A stretch of 62,662 nt of DNA from contig CAYJXJ010000004.1 of assembly GCA_964374095.1 (NCBI GenBank), forward strand, positions 1 to 62,662, in the 5' to 3' direction. The position numbers were made by a program, and so were the translations under genes. The stretch is from an uncultured Elusimicrobia bacterium. Lineage in GTDB: Bacteria > Elusimicrobiota > Elusimicrobia > UBA1565 > UBA9628. Shown here piece after piece: positions 1 to 8,593 of this stretch (within the stretch, counting starts at the first letter, position 1; each line of letters begins with the position of its first letter). Below the pieces are notes generated by a model, which saw nothing but the letters and a program-made list of their open reading frames with translations, was not told the origin of the DNA and made no database searches.

Positions 1-1128
1 AATTTCTTAGGCCTTTTCTGCCTTTCTTTTCTTTCGTCCCATGCCGTCGAACCTCCCCCCATCCCCCCACCTAAAAATTTCCTTGAGAGTCGGCCGCGAA
101 CCGAATTCTTCGCCGCGCTCTCTTCCAAAGAGACCTGGGAGCCCCTCGCCAGCCGCGAGTCGCTGGCGGCCTTCCTCCGGGAGAAGACCGTCCCCGAGGA
201 AGTGATCCCGGCCTTCGAGGCGCTCCAACAAACCCTCGAGAAGGCCGGGGGGCCGTCTAAGGCCGAACTGGGGCACCTCTTGCCCACCGCCGTGCGGTTC
301 CTTAAAGACGGCCACACCCTGGCCTTCGACAAGGAAACGACCTCCTTTCTCGGCTCGACCGAGCATGGTCACTTCGATCTCCCGGACCGCGTCGTGCTCA
401 GCGGCAAGCTCATGGGCATGGACCCGCTTTTGGCGGCCAAGACCTTGGCCCACGAACTGCAGCACGTTTACGATCAGTACGTCCAGCGCACCTGGCCCGC
501 GGAGGTCATGGAGATGCGCGGGCAGAAGGTCTCCATCCTCGTTCTGCGCCTGCTCATGACCGCGGTCCCGGCCAAATTCGAGGACATCCGGCGCGGCAAG
601 GACGACGATCAGCGCCGCATGCTCCGGCAATTCGAGCTTTGCAGCCGGGCCTACGACGCCGGTCCCCACGCCTTCGCGCGCGCGATCGCCTTCGGGCCGT
701 GCGACGCGAAAGTCTCCGTGACGCCCCAGATCGCGAGGTTCTCGCTCAAGAACGCCTTGGACCCCGACTTCGGGGACCCCGCCCACCTCGAGGCCGTCCT
801 GGCGGCGATGGAGTTCGAGCGCGAGTCCATCGCCGCGTTGAACGCCGAGCGCGAGAGGCTGCGCCAAAGCCTGCGCGAGAAGTGGAGCCGTCCCCTCGAC
901 CTGCGGCTGCGGGACGTCGAGGACGACCTCTCCCGCGCCCAGATGGAGTACTACTCCTACGAACGCGAAGCCGTCTTCAAGGAAGTCCTCATCCGGCGGA
1001 TGACGGCCGAACGCGCCTGGCTCAAGCTCAAGGACGGCCCCCAGGCCGAATACGACCTGCGGCTGACGGTGGACGCCGACTACCTCTCCCCCCCCGCCGA
1101 TCCCAAATCCAGGTCCTCAAAGCCCTGA
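1..1128 (+). CDS. HExxH-motif protein, probably 5'-partial (secreted metalloprotease-like?)
   Basis: Frame is open from nt 1 (no stop before the ORF-track GTG at 202). Hydrophobic signal-like stretch FLGLFCLSFLSS at the window edge. AHELQH motif. G/C-rich third codon positions. Confidence 0.5.
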   Translation, partial: NFLGLFCLSFLSSHAVEPPPIPPPKNFLESRPRTEFFAALSSKETWEPLASRESLAAFLREKTVPEEVIPAFEALQQTLEKAGGPSKAELGHLLPTAVRFLKDGHTLAFDKETTSFLGSTEHGHFDLPDRVVLSGKLMGMDPLLAAKTLAHELQHVYDQYVQRTWPAEVMEMRGQKVSILVLRLLMTAVPAKFEDIRRGKDDDQRRMLRQFELCSRAYDAGPHAFARAIAFGPCDAKVSVTPQIARFSLKNALDPDFGDPAHLEAVLAAMEFERESIAALNAERERLRQSLREKWSRPLDLRLRDVEDDLSRAQMEYYSYEREAVFKEVLIRRMTAERAWLKLKDGPQAEYDLRLTVDADYLSPPADPKSRSSKP

Positions 1129-1871
1129 AGAAACGGCGGCTGCGCCTGGACGCGCTCCTGGTCGAACGCGGGCTCATGCCCACCCGCGCCAAGGCCCAGG
1201 CCGCCATACTCGCCGGCTCGGTGACGGTGACCGGCAGGCCCGAGACCAAGGCGGGGGCGCCCGTCCTGGAGGACGCGCGCATCGAATTGGCCGCCGTCTG
1301 TCCCTACGTCTCCCGGGGAGGACTCAAGCTTGAGGCCGCGCTCGACGCCTTCCGGATGGACCCCGGCGGCCGGACCTGCCTCGACGTCGGCGCCTCCACC
1401 GGCGGCTTCACCGACTGCCTGCTTAAGCGCGGAGCCTCGCGCGTCTATGCCGTCGATGTGGGACGCGGGCAGCTAGACCCCAAAATCAGGGACGACCTGC
1501 GGGTGACCTGGCGGGAGAAGACCCACGCCCGGGACCTCCAGCCCGAGTGGTTCGACCCGCGGCCCGAGCTGGCGACCGTGGACGTTTCCTTCATCTCGCT
1601 GACCCAGGTCCTGCCCGCGGTCGTCTCGTGCCTCGCCCGCCCCTTCGAAATCCTCGCGCTCGTCAAACCGCAGTTCGAGGTCGGCCCCAAGCTCGCGCCC
1701 AAGGGCGTGGTCCGCCGGCCGGAGGTCCGGCTTCAGGCCGTTGAGAAGGTCCGCTCCGTACTCCCGGCGCTGGGAGTCCTGGCCTACGGGCTCTTCGAGT
1801 GCCCGGTCAAGGGGCCGAAAGGCAACGTGGAGATCTTCCTGCGGCTGGTCCCGGCGGAGGGGTCGGGTTGA
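1125..1871 (+). CDS. tlyA: TlyA-family rRNA (cytidine-2'-O)-methyltransferase / hemolysin A
   Basis: S4-like N-terminus RLDALLVERGL..RAKAQAAI, FtsJ-type SAM motif CLDVGASTGGFTD, VSFISL. The ORF-track start 639 is a frame run-on across the upstream gene. Start taken as CTG 1125 (CTGA overlap with the upstream stop); ATG 1176 is the alternative. Confidence 0.85.
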   Translation: MKKRRLRLDALLVERGLMPTRAKAQAAILAGSVTVTGRPETKAGAPVLEDARIELAAVCPYVSRGGLKLEAALDAFRMDPGGRTCLDVGASTGGFTDCLLKRGASRVYAVDVGRGQLDPKIRDDLRVTWREKTHARDLQPEWFDPRPELATVDVSFISLTQVLPAVVSCLARPFEILALVKPQFEVGPKLAPKGVVRRPEVRLQAVEKVRSVLPALGVLAYGLFECPVKGPKGNVEIFLRLVPAEGSG

Positions 1872-2011
1872 TGGAACGGATCATCCTCAGCGGCTTCGAT
1901 GCAGCGTGGTCCGGAGGGCGGTTTGGCGCGCTGGAGAAGTCTCTCCAGTTCCTCGGAACCATCGAAGGAGAACCGCGTCCCGGTGCACGGCCCCGGACCT
2001 TAGGAACGTGA
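1871..2011 (+). pseudogene. 46-codon remnant resembling the N-terminus of DUF429-type proteins
   Basis: ATG 1871 overlaps the tlyA stop (TGATG). MERIILSGFDAAWSGGRFGAL resembles the GxDxAW..G..G N-terminal signature, but the frame stops after 46 codons. Confidence 0.25.
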
Positions 2012-2055
2012 GAATCGACGGGAACCTGCGCGCGGCGCCGAAAAGCGCGTGCGCG

Positions 2056-2085
2056 TTGTGGCGCCAGCTCAAGGTCTGCTAGACT
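2056..2085 (+). promoter_or_regulatory. candidate sigma70-type promoter (TTGTGG-18-TAGACT)
   Basis: Hexamers at 2056-2061 and 2080-2085. The -10 lies only 8 nt upstream of ATG 2094. Confidence 0.3.
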
Positions 2086-2093
2086 CTGCCGCG

Positions 2094-2528
2094 ATGCCCA
2101 AGAGGCGGCCCGCGCTCGACTCGCTCCCGGACGACCCGGCCACTTGGCCGAAGGAGGCCCTGGTCGCGCTGGAAAGCGCGCACGCCGACGCCCGGGGCTC
2201 CATCCAGCCTCTCCTGGAGCGGTGGATGCGCTCGGCGATGCTGATCAGTTCGCGCCGGGGCGCGCTGCGCGCCAATCACTATCACAAGACCGACTGGCAC
2301 TACTGCTACGTGCTGTCCGGGACGATGAACTACTATCACCGCCGACGCGGCAGCTCCCAAGCCCCTGAACTCCTGGTGGTCCGGCCGGGGCAGATGGTCT
2401 TTACCCCGCCCCAAGTCGAGCATGCGATGCGCTTCCCGAAGGACACCGTTTTTTTGACGCTCTCGCGCAACCCGCGCGACCAAACGGCCTACGAGGAGGA
2501 TGTCGTGAGGGTGGAGCTCCTCAAGTGA
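2094..2528 (+). CDS. cupin-fold sugar-nucleotide isomerase/epimerase-like protein
   Basis: Cupin strands HYHKTDWHYCYVLSG ... MVFTPPQVEHAM. ATG 2094 preferred over GTG 2049. The stop overlaps the next start (GTGA). Confidence 0.7.
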   Translation: MPKRRPALDSLPDDPATWPKEALVALESAHADARGSIQPLLERWMRSAMLISSRRGALRANHYHKTDWHYCYVLSGTMNYYHRRRGSSQAPELLVVRPGQMVFTPPQVEHAMRFPKDTVFLTLSRNPRDQTAYEEDVVRVELLK

Positions 2529-3796
2529 CCTCCCTGAAACCGGCGGCGGCATCCCCGGCAATGTGCCGCCGCCGGTCGGATTGCCGTCTTTGTTCAAGCA
2601 GCCGGTTGGAGTTGGTCCTCCAGCTCACCCCAACCCCGCCGGCCAATGCTTTCGTCAAGTCCGAGGATCTCGCCCGACCCCAGGAAGTCTTTCCTCTGGA
2701 CGTCCATCTTTGCCTCTCCTGCGGCCACGCGCAACTGCTGGACGTTGTCGACCCCGGGGTCCTGTTCGAGAACTACGTCTACGTCTCCGGAACCTCGCCG
2801 GTGTTCGTGAAGCATTTCCAAGACTACGCCGCCGACGTCCTGCGCCTGACGGGCGCGGGGGCGGGCGCGCTCGCGGTAGATATCGGCTCCAATGACGGGA
2901 CGCTGCTCAAGTTCTTCTCGGCCGCCGGCCTGCGGGCCTTGGGCGTCGATCCCGCGAAGGCCATCGCGGCCCAGGCGACCCGCGACGGGGCTGAGACCAT
3001 CCCGGACTTTTTCACCCAGCGCCTGGCCCAGCAAATCCTCATCGGGCGCGGCCCGGCCGCCGTGGTCACGGCCAACAACGTCTTCGCCCACGCCGACGAT
3101 CTTCGCGGCATCGCCGCGGGAGTCTCGACGCTGCTGGCCCCGGACGGGGTATTCGTCTTCGAGGTCTCCTACCTGGCCGACGTCGTCCAAAAGACCCTCT
3201 TCGATACGATCTATCACGAGCACGTGGCCTACCACTCGGTCAAACCCCTCATCCCCTTCCTGGCCTCCCAGGGGCTCGAACTCGTCGAGGCCCTGCGGGT
3301 CCCCAGCCACGGAGGGTCCTTGCGCGTCGTCGCCCAGCGCGCCGGCGGCCCGCGCCGCCCGGGAGCCTCCGTCGCGGAGCGCCTGGCCGAGGAAGAGACG
3401 GCGGGGCTCGGCAAACCCGAGGCCTTCCGCGCCTTGGGCCGGCGCATCGATGGGCTGCGCCAGAAGCTCCTCGAGACCCTCGAAGGCTTCAAGTCCGCCG
3501 GCAAGAAGATCGCGGGCTTCGGCGCCCCCGCGAAGGCCGCCACGCTCATGCATCACTTTCATTTGGGGCGGGATCTGTTGGAATTCATCGTTGATGACAG
3601 CCCGTGGAAGCAAGGTCTTTTCTCGCCGGGCCTGCATGTGCCCGTCGTGCCCGCGACCGCGATCGCCGAGCGGCGTCCCGACGTCCTGCTGGTGCTGGCC
3701 TGGAACTTCGCCGAATCCATCATCGCCAAGAACGCCGCCTTCACCGCGACCGGGGGACGCTTCGTCGTCCCCGTTCCTGAAGTGACGGTGCGCTGA
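2525..3796 (+). CDS. NDP-hexose C-methyltransferase (TylCIII-type, zinc-ribbon + class I SAM + C-MT domain)
   Basis: N-terminal 4-Cys ribbon CRLC...CLSCGH, SAM motif LAVDIGSNDGTLL, long C-terminal domain typical of sugar C-methyltransferases. Confidence 0.8.
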   Translation: MTSLKPAAASPAMCRRRSDCRLCSSSRLELVLQLTPTPPANAFVKSEDLARPQEVFPLDVHLCLSCGHAQLLDVVDPGVLFENYVYVSGTSPVFVKHFQDYAADVLRLTGAGAGALAVDIGSNDGTLLKFFSAAGLRALGVDPAKAIAAQATRDGAETIPDFFTQRLAQQILIGRGPAAVVTANNVFAHADDLRGIAAGVSTLLAPDGVFVFEVSYLADVVQKTLFDTIYHEHVAYHSVKPLIPFLASQGLELVEALRVPSHGGSLRVVAQRAGGPRRPGASVAERLAEEETAGLGKPEAFRALGRRIDGLRQKLLETLEGFKSAGKKIAGFGAPAKAATLMHHFHLGRDLLEFIVDDSPWKQGLFSPGLHVPVVPATAIAERRPDVLLVLAWNFAESIIAKNAAFTATGGRFVVPVPEVTVR

Positions 3797-4851
3797 TGCT
3801 GCGCTCAGACATCGCCGAAGTCGTCCACGGCCTGGGCGAGACCGTTCAAGCCTTCTCCGGAAAGACCGTCCTGATGACCGGAGGGCGCGGTTTCTTGGGC
3901 CGGTACTTCACCGAGGCATTCCTGCATCTTAACGAGGCCGTCCTCAAGAAGCCCTGCCGCGTCCTGCTGCTCGACAACCTCATCACCGCCGGCGCCGAAG
4001 GCGCGCGCTTCAAGGCCTCGCGCCACGTGCGGTTCCGCCGCCACAACGTCATCAAGCCGCTTGCCTTCCGCGGGCACCTGGACTACATCATCCATGCCGC
4101 CGGCATCGCCAGCCCCTACTACTACCGGGCCTACCCCCTGGAAACCCTCGAGGTCGCGATCCAAGGGACCAAGAACTGCCTGGACCTGGCCCAGGACCGC
4201 GGGGCCCGTATGCTCTTCTTCAGCTCCAGCGAGATCTACGGCGATCCCGATCCCAAGCATGTCCCGACTCCCGAGTCCTACCGCGGCAACGTCTCCTGCC
4301 TGGGGCCGCGCGCCTGCTACGACGAGTCCAAGCGCCTCGGAGAGACGCTGTGCGGGGTCTATCACGTCAAGTTCGGGACCGCGGCCGTGATCGTGCGGCC
4401 GTTCAACGTCTACGGCCCCGGCATGCAGGAAACCGACTACCGCGTCCTCCCCAATTTCGCCGGGCGCATCAAGGCGGGCTTGCCGCTCAAGGTCTACGGA
4501 TCGGGCCGCCAGACCCGGACCTTCTGCTACGTCTCCGACGCCATCTCAGGCTTCCTGCGCGTCCTGCTCAAGGGCGTTCCGGGCGAAGCCTATAACATCG
4601 GCAACCCCGACCCCGAGGTCTCCATGACCGACCTCGTGCGCCACACCGAAGCCGTGCTCGGCCGGCGCGTGAAGGTGGACCTCGTCGAGTATCCGGACAG
4701 CTATCCCGGCGACGAGCCCAACCGCCGCTGTCCCGACATCACCAAGGCCCGGCGGCAGCTGGGCTACGAGCCGCGGGTCCCCCTGCGCGAGGGACTGCGG
4801 CGCTTCTATCACTGGGCGGATTCGGTCTACACGGGCAAAGCCTCGGGCTGA
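3796..4851 (+). CDS. SDR NAD-dependent epimerase/dehydratase, UDP-glucuronate decarboxylase-like
   Basis: GGRGFLGRY Rossmann motif, SSSEIYG, YDESKR catalytic YxxxK. 1-nt overlap with the upstream stop. Confidence 0.85.
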   Translation: MLRSDIAEVVHGLGETVQAFSGKTVLMTGGRGFLGRYFTEAFLHLNEAVLKKPCRVLLLDNLITAGAEGARFKASRHVRFRRHNVIKPLAFRGHLDYIIHAAGIASPYYYRAYPLETLEVAIQGTKNCLDLAQDRGARMLFFSSSEIYGDPDPKHVPTPESYRGNVSCLGPRACYDESKRLGETLCGVYHVKFGTAAVIVRPFNVYGPGMQETDYRVLPNFAGRIKAGLPLKVYGSGRQTRTFCYVSDAISGFLRVLLKGVPGEAYNIGNPDPEVSMTDLVRHTEAVLGRRVKVDLVEYPDSYPGDEPNRRCPDITKARRQLGYEPRVPLREGLRRFYHWADSVYTGKASG

Positions 4852-4852
4852 C

Positions 4853-5821
4853 GTGCGTCCCCGAATCATTCGCTTGGGCCTGATCGGCGCGGGACGCTGG
4901 GGCCGCAACATCATCGCGACCCTCGGCTCGATGCGGGACGCGCGCCTCGCCATGGTCGCCAGCCGAAATCCCGGCACCGCCGGGCTCTGCCCGGCGGATT
5001 GCATTGTCACGCGCGATTGGCGGGAGGTGACTCGCGCGCGCGGCCTCGACGCCGTTGTCATCGCCACGCCGCCCAGCCTGCATGTGCCTATAGCCTCGGA
5101 CGCCATCCGCTCCGGCAAAGCCGTTTTCATCGAAAAGCCGCTGTCTCTCGACCCCCGGCAAGCCCGTTACCTGCTGACGCTGGCCGGAAAGCGCCGCGCC
5201 TTCGTTCTCGTGGACCACATCGACCTCTTTAACCCCGCCTACGAGGTCCTTAAGCGCGCGGCCCGGGGGCTGGGCCCGGCGCGCTCCATCGTCTCGGAGG
5301 GCGGCAACCACGGTCCTTTCCGGCCCGACACGCCCCCCCTCTGGGACTATGTCCCGCACGACCTCTCCCTCTGCATGGACTTGCTGGGATCTCGCCCGTC
5401 GCGCGTCAGCGCCTCCCGCGAGCGCGGCCCCCGCGGCGCGAATTGGAAGATTCGCCTGACCTTCCCCGGAGGTACTACGGCCGACATCCGGGCCGGCAAC
5501 GAGTTCCCGGAGAGAACGCGCCGTTTCGAAGCCTGCTTCGCCTCGGCCGTCCTCATCTTCGATGATGTCGCCAAGACCCTCGCGCGCCGCAGCCTTCGGG
5601 GAGACGCGCTCGGGCCAAGAAGAAACCTCCATTTCCCCGAAACCCCCCCGCTGCGCCGCTCGCTGGAGCTCTTCGCCGCCGCGATCCGCTCGGACTCCCG
5701 AAGCCTCGCGAGCCTCAAGCTCGGCGTGGCCGTGGTCGAGACTCTGGCCCGGATCGAGCGCTCTGGGGTCACATCCCGCCATAAGACAAATTCCTCGAAT
5801 TTGTCTTATGGCGGGATGTGA
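4853..5821 (+). CDS. Gfo/Idh/MocA-family oxidoreductase
   Basis: IRLGLIGAGRWGRN N-terminal Rossmann motif, EKPL motif (VFIEKPLSL). The last ~18 codons are encoded by the 29-bp palindrome at 5765-5825. Confidence 0.8.
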   Translation: MRPRIIRLGLIGAGRWGRNIIATLGSMRDARLAMVASRNPGTAGLCPADCIVTRDWREVTRARGLDAVVIATPPSLHVPIASDAIRSGKAVFIEKPLSLDPRQARYLLTLAGKRRAFVLVDHIDLFNPAYEVLKRAARGLGPARSIVSEGGNHGPFRPDTPPLWDYVPHDLSLCMDLLGSRPSRVSASRERGPRGANWKIRLTFPGGTTADIRAGNEFPERTRRFEACFASAVLIFDDVAKTLARRSLRGDALGPRRNLHFPETPPLRRSLELFAAAIRSDSRSLASLKLGVAVVETLARIERSGVTSRHKTNSSNLSYGGM

Positions 5822-5838
5822 CCCCATTTTCTATTTTC
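5765..5838 (+). terminator. perfect 29-bp-stem / 3-nt-loop hairpin followed by a T-rich tract (candidate intrinsic terminator or palindromic element)
   Basis: 5765-5793 is the exact reverse complement of 5797-5825 (checked base by base). Followed by ATTTTCTATTTTCT. AT-richer than its surroundings. Confidence 0.5.
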
Positions 5839-5850
5839 TATACTGTGGGT

Positions 5851-6885
5851 ATGAAGCTGCTGATGGTCCCAGACCCCACCGCGCCCAAGGGCATCGACGC
5901 CTTCTGCCGCGAGGTGATGAAGCGCGCGACGCGCCGGGGCCACAGCGTCACGGTCCAGGCCGTCCCCAACGGCCCCCTGGAGGCGACGGTCGAACGGCTG
6001 GTCGCCACCGCCTTCGGCGCCGCGGCCGATGCCGTGATCGTCAACAGCCTCCAGCCCGCGGCCCTCCGTGCCGCCCGCTCGGCGGGAAAACCCGTTGCGG
6101 TCCGAATTATCGAATCTTTCTCCGAGGCTTCGCCGCAGGCCCTGGCCCAGATCCGGGCGTTGGCCCTGCAGGCCGACCTGCTCCTGGTGCCCAGCGCCTA
6201 TCTCGAGCGCAGGCTACGCGGCTGTGGCCTCAACGGCTCGATCCGCCAGGTGCCCTACGCCTACGACCGGATCGGCGCCCAGAAGATCACGCTCGTCACC
6301 CTCCGGTCGACGCGCGCCGCGAGCTTTCCCCTCGCGGCCTGCGGGCCCTTCACCGACGCCACCCAGACCGGGACGGAGACGCTGCTCGCGGCCCTCTCCC
6401 GGCTTCGCCTGGATTGGCATCTGACCTTCGCCGGCGAGGGTCCGTGGCTCCCGCGCCTTCGCGATAAGGCCGCCCAGAAAGGCCTCTCGGATCGGATCTC
6501 CTTCGCCGGCCACCTCGACCATGACGCGGTGATAGACCTCTTCCGCGCCTCGAAGGCCTACGTGGACCCCTGCGGCATCGAGGGTTTTCCCATGCTCGCC
6601 CTCCATGCCCAATCCGAGGGATGCCCCGTGGTCGGCGCGCGGGCCGGCGCCATGGAGGAACTGATCACCGACGGTGAAAACGGCCTGCTCGTCCCGCCCG
6701 GGGACCCCAAGGCCCTGGCCGAGGCGATCGTCACGCTCTCCTCGGTGTCGGGCCTCTCGCTCAAGCTCATCGGCGGAGGGATCAAGACCGTGGAGTCGCA
6801 TTCCTGGGACCGCACCGTCCGCGAGACCCTGGAGGCCGTCGAGACATTGGCTTCCCACGCTCCCGCCGGCAAGAGATCGGCCTGA
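5851..6885 (+). CDS. GT4-family (GT-B) glycosyltransferase
   Basis: C-terminal EGFPMLALHAQSEGCPVVGARAGAMEELITDGENGLLVPPGD motif. ATG 5851 (MKLLMVPD) preferred over the ORF-track start 5818, which lies inside the hairpin. Confidence 0.85.
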   Translation: MKLLMVPDPTAPKGIDAFCREVMKRATRRGHSVTVQAVPNGPLEATVERLVATAFGAAADAVIVNSLQPAALRAARSAGKPVAVRIIESFSEASPQALAQIRALALQADLLLVPSAYLERRLRGCGLNGSIRQVPYAYDRIGAQKITLVTLRSTRAASFPLAACGPFTDATQTGTETLLAALSRLRLDWHLTFAGEGPWLPRLRDKAAQKGLSDRISFAGHLDHDAVIDLFRASKAYVDPCGIEGFPMLALHAQSEGCPVVGARAGAMEELITDGENGLLVPPGDPKALAEAIVTLSSVSGLSLKLIGGGIKTVESHSWDRTVRETLEAVETLASHAPAGKRSA

Positions 6886-7628
6886 TGGACTGCGCCCTGA
6901 TGCTCGATCTGGAAGGCGGGCGCACCGTCCCCGCCGACCGGCCGATCCTTGGCCGCGCCCTCGCGGCCTACCCCCTCATGGCGGCCAAGGCCGCACGATC
7001 TCTAAAGCGCATCTACTTAATGAGCGCGACCCAAGAAGTCAAAGCCGTCGGCCTCCAACACGACGCCGTGATCGTCGACCCCCCGCCGGGCCCGGAGACG
7101 CCGGTCGGTTCGGTTTCCCATGGCCTGGCCGCCATAACGGCCGACCTAAAGGGTGAGGAGCCGCTCGAAATACTCGTTATCCTCTCGGCCAACGCGCCGG
7201 CCATCACCGCTTCGGCGATCGAAGAAGGCCTATCGGCCCTGCATTCCCGGCCCGAACTCGACAGCGCGGTCACGGTCTGCGCCGATGATCCGCGCTCCCC
7301 CGGGTTCTCCTTGAAGCGCGGCCCCGATGGGCTCATCGAGCCCGCGGCGCCCGGCGCGCCGTTCGCCGGCGCGCTCTTCCCGGATTGGGGCGCCTTCATC
7401 GCGCGGGCGCGCGCGGTCGCAGCCCTCGAGGGCCCTTCGGGTCTTCCGTGGATCGGACGCAAAGTCCTTCCGATCCTCCAAGAGGGCTCCGGACTCGTCA
7501 TCCACGAATGGCAGATCCCCCGGGCGGAGTGGTGGCTCAAGAACCGTGGGGCGACCGATGCCGCGGCCTTCCTCGAGCCCAAGCCCCAGCCCAAGCCCCA
7601 GCCGGCGTCGCGTCCCGAGCGGTGGTGA
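6885..7628 (+). CDS. cytidylyltransferase-like protein (NeuA/CTP_transf_3-like, degenerate N-terminal motif)
   Basis: Overall pattern ..PILGRALAAYPL.., ILVILSANAPAIT, SAVTV resembles acylneuraminate cytidylyltransferases. The usual basic N-terminal motif is weak. PKPQPKPQP tail. Confidence 0.45.
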   Translation: MDCALMLDLEGGRTVPADRPILGRALAAYPLMAAKAARSLKRIYLMSATQEVKAVGLQHDAVIVDPPPGPETPVGSVSHGLAAITADLKGEEPLEILVILSANAPAITASAIEEGLSALHSRPELDSAVTVCADDPRSPGFSLKRGPDGLIEPAAPGAPFAGALFPDWGAFIARARAVAALEGPSGLPWIGRKVLPILQEGSGLVIHEWQIPRAEWWLKNRGATDAAAFLEPKPQPKPQPASRPERW

Positions 7629-8593
7629 GCGCTCCCGAACTCTCCATCGTCGTCCCGGTCTACAACGAAGAAAGCGGCCTGGAACGCTTTCACGCCGAGT
7701 TGACGCGCGTTCTCCAATCCCTCGGCCAGCCTTACGAGGTCGTCTACGTCGACGACGGCTCGACCGACGCCTCGTTGGCGGTCCTCTCGCGCCTTCGGGA
7801 TGCGGACCCGGCCGTCGGCGGCGTCGCCCTCACGCGCAACTTCGGCCATCAGGTGGCGCTCACCGCGGGCCTGGAACTGGCCTCGGGCCGGGCCGTGGTG
7901 ACTCTGGACGCCGATCTTCAGCACCCCCCCGAGGTGATCGAACGCTTGGTCTCGGAATGGAAACGGGGGGCGCTGGTGGTCACGGCCGTCCGCTCCGAGA
8001 CGGCGGGTTCGGGGCCGCTCAAGACCCTGACCTCGCGGCTGTTTTACGGGGTCATCAACCGCCTCTCGTCCACCCCGGTGCGCCCGGACGCGGCGGATTT
8101 CCGGCTGCTCGACCGCCGCGCGGTCGAGGCCCTGCGCTCCATGCGGGAGCGCCATCGTTTCCTGCGCGGCATGGTCGGGTGGCTCGGCTTTCCGGAGGCC
8201 ACGGTCTCCTTCAAGGCCGGCCGCCGCGCCGCGGGCCGGTCCCAATACACCTGGCGCAAGATGTTCCGGATGGCGGGAGACGGCATCGTCTCTTTCTCCA
8301 CCGCGCCGCTGCGCGCGGCCCTCTGGCTGGGTCTGGCCGCCCTGGGCGTCTGCGGTCTTTACGCCGCCTACGTCGTTTATATGTGGGCCTTCCAGAGCGT
8401 CTTCGTGATCCGCGGCTGGGCCTCGACCGTCCTGCTGAACATGTTCCTGGGGGGCTGCCAGCTCATCCTTCTCGGAGTGGCCGGCGAATACATCGGCCGC
8501 ATTTATGAAGAGGTCAAGGGACGCCCCCTCTACTTGGTGCGCGAACTCCTGCCTCGGCAAAATCCGGCGGCCGCGCCCCGCCCCCTTGATTAG
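7622..8593 (+). CDS. GT2 polyprenyl-phosphate glycosyltransferase (GtrB/ArnC/DPMS-like) with two C-terminal TM helices
   Basis: LSIVVPVYNEE, YVDDGSTD, LDADLQHPP motifs. Hydrophobic helices LWLGLAALGVCGLYAAYVVY and VLLNMFLGGCQLILLGVAG. GTG 7622/7625 overlaps the upstream stop. Confidence 0.85.
   Translation: MVSAPELSIVVPVYNEESGLERFHAELTRVLQSLGQPYEVVYVDDGSTDASLAVLSRLRDADPAVGGVALTRNFGHQVALTAGLELASGRAVVTLDADLQHPPEVIERLVSEWKRGALVVTAVRSETAGSGPLKTLTSRLFYGVINRLSSTPVRPDAADFRLLDRRAVEALRSMRERHRFLRGMVGWLGFPEATVSFKAGRRAAGRSQYTWRKMFRMAGDGIVSFSTAPLRAALWLGLAALGVCGLYAAYVVYMWAFQSVFVIRGWASTVLLNMFLGGCQLILLGVAGEYIGRIYEEVKGRPLYLVRELLPRQNPAAAPRPLD

Noticed and set aside
639-1124. Long N-terminal extensions in the ORF track (639 for tlyA, 7385, 12153, 12874, 14652, 20363, 21831, 34102, 47743-49143, 48750-49763, 24191-25291, 52718-53449).
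   Set aside because: The extensions overlap the preceding, well-supported gene in another frame and are Arg/Pro-rich. Homologue N-termini and NTGA overlaps point to internal starts.
7578-7601. 12-bp x 2 tandem repeat CCCAAGCCCCAG (encodes PKPQPKPQ).
   Set aside because: Only two units, inside the C-terminal tail of a CDS. It is most simply a low-complexity linker, although slippage is conceivable.
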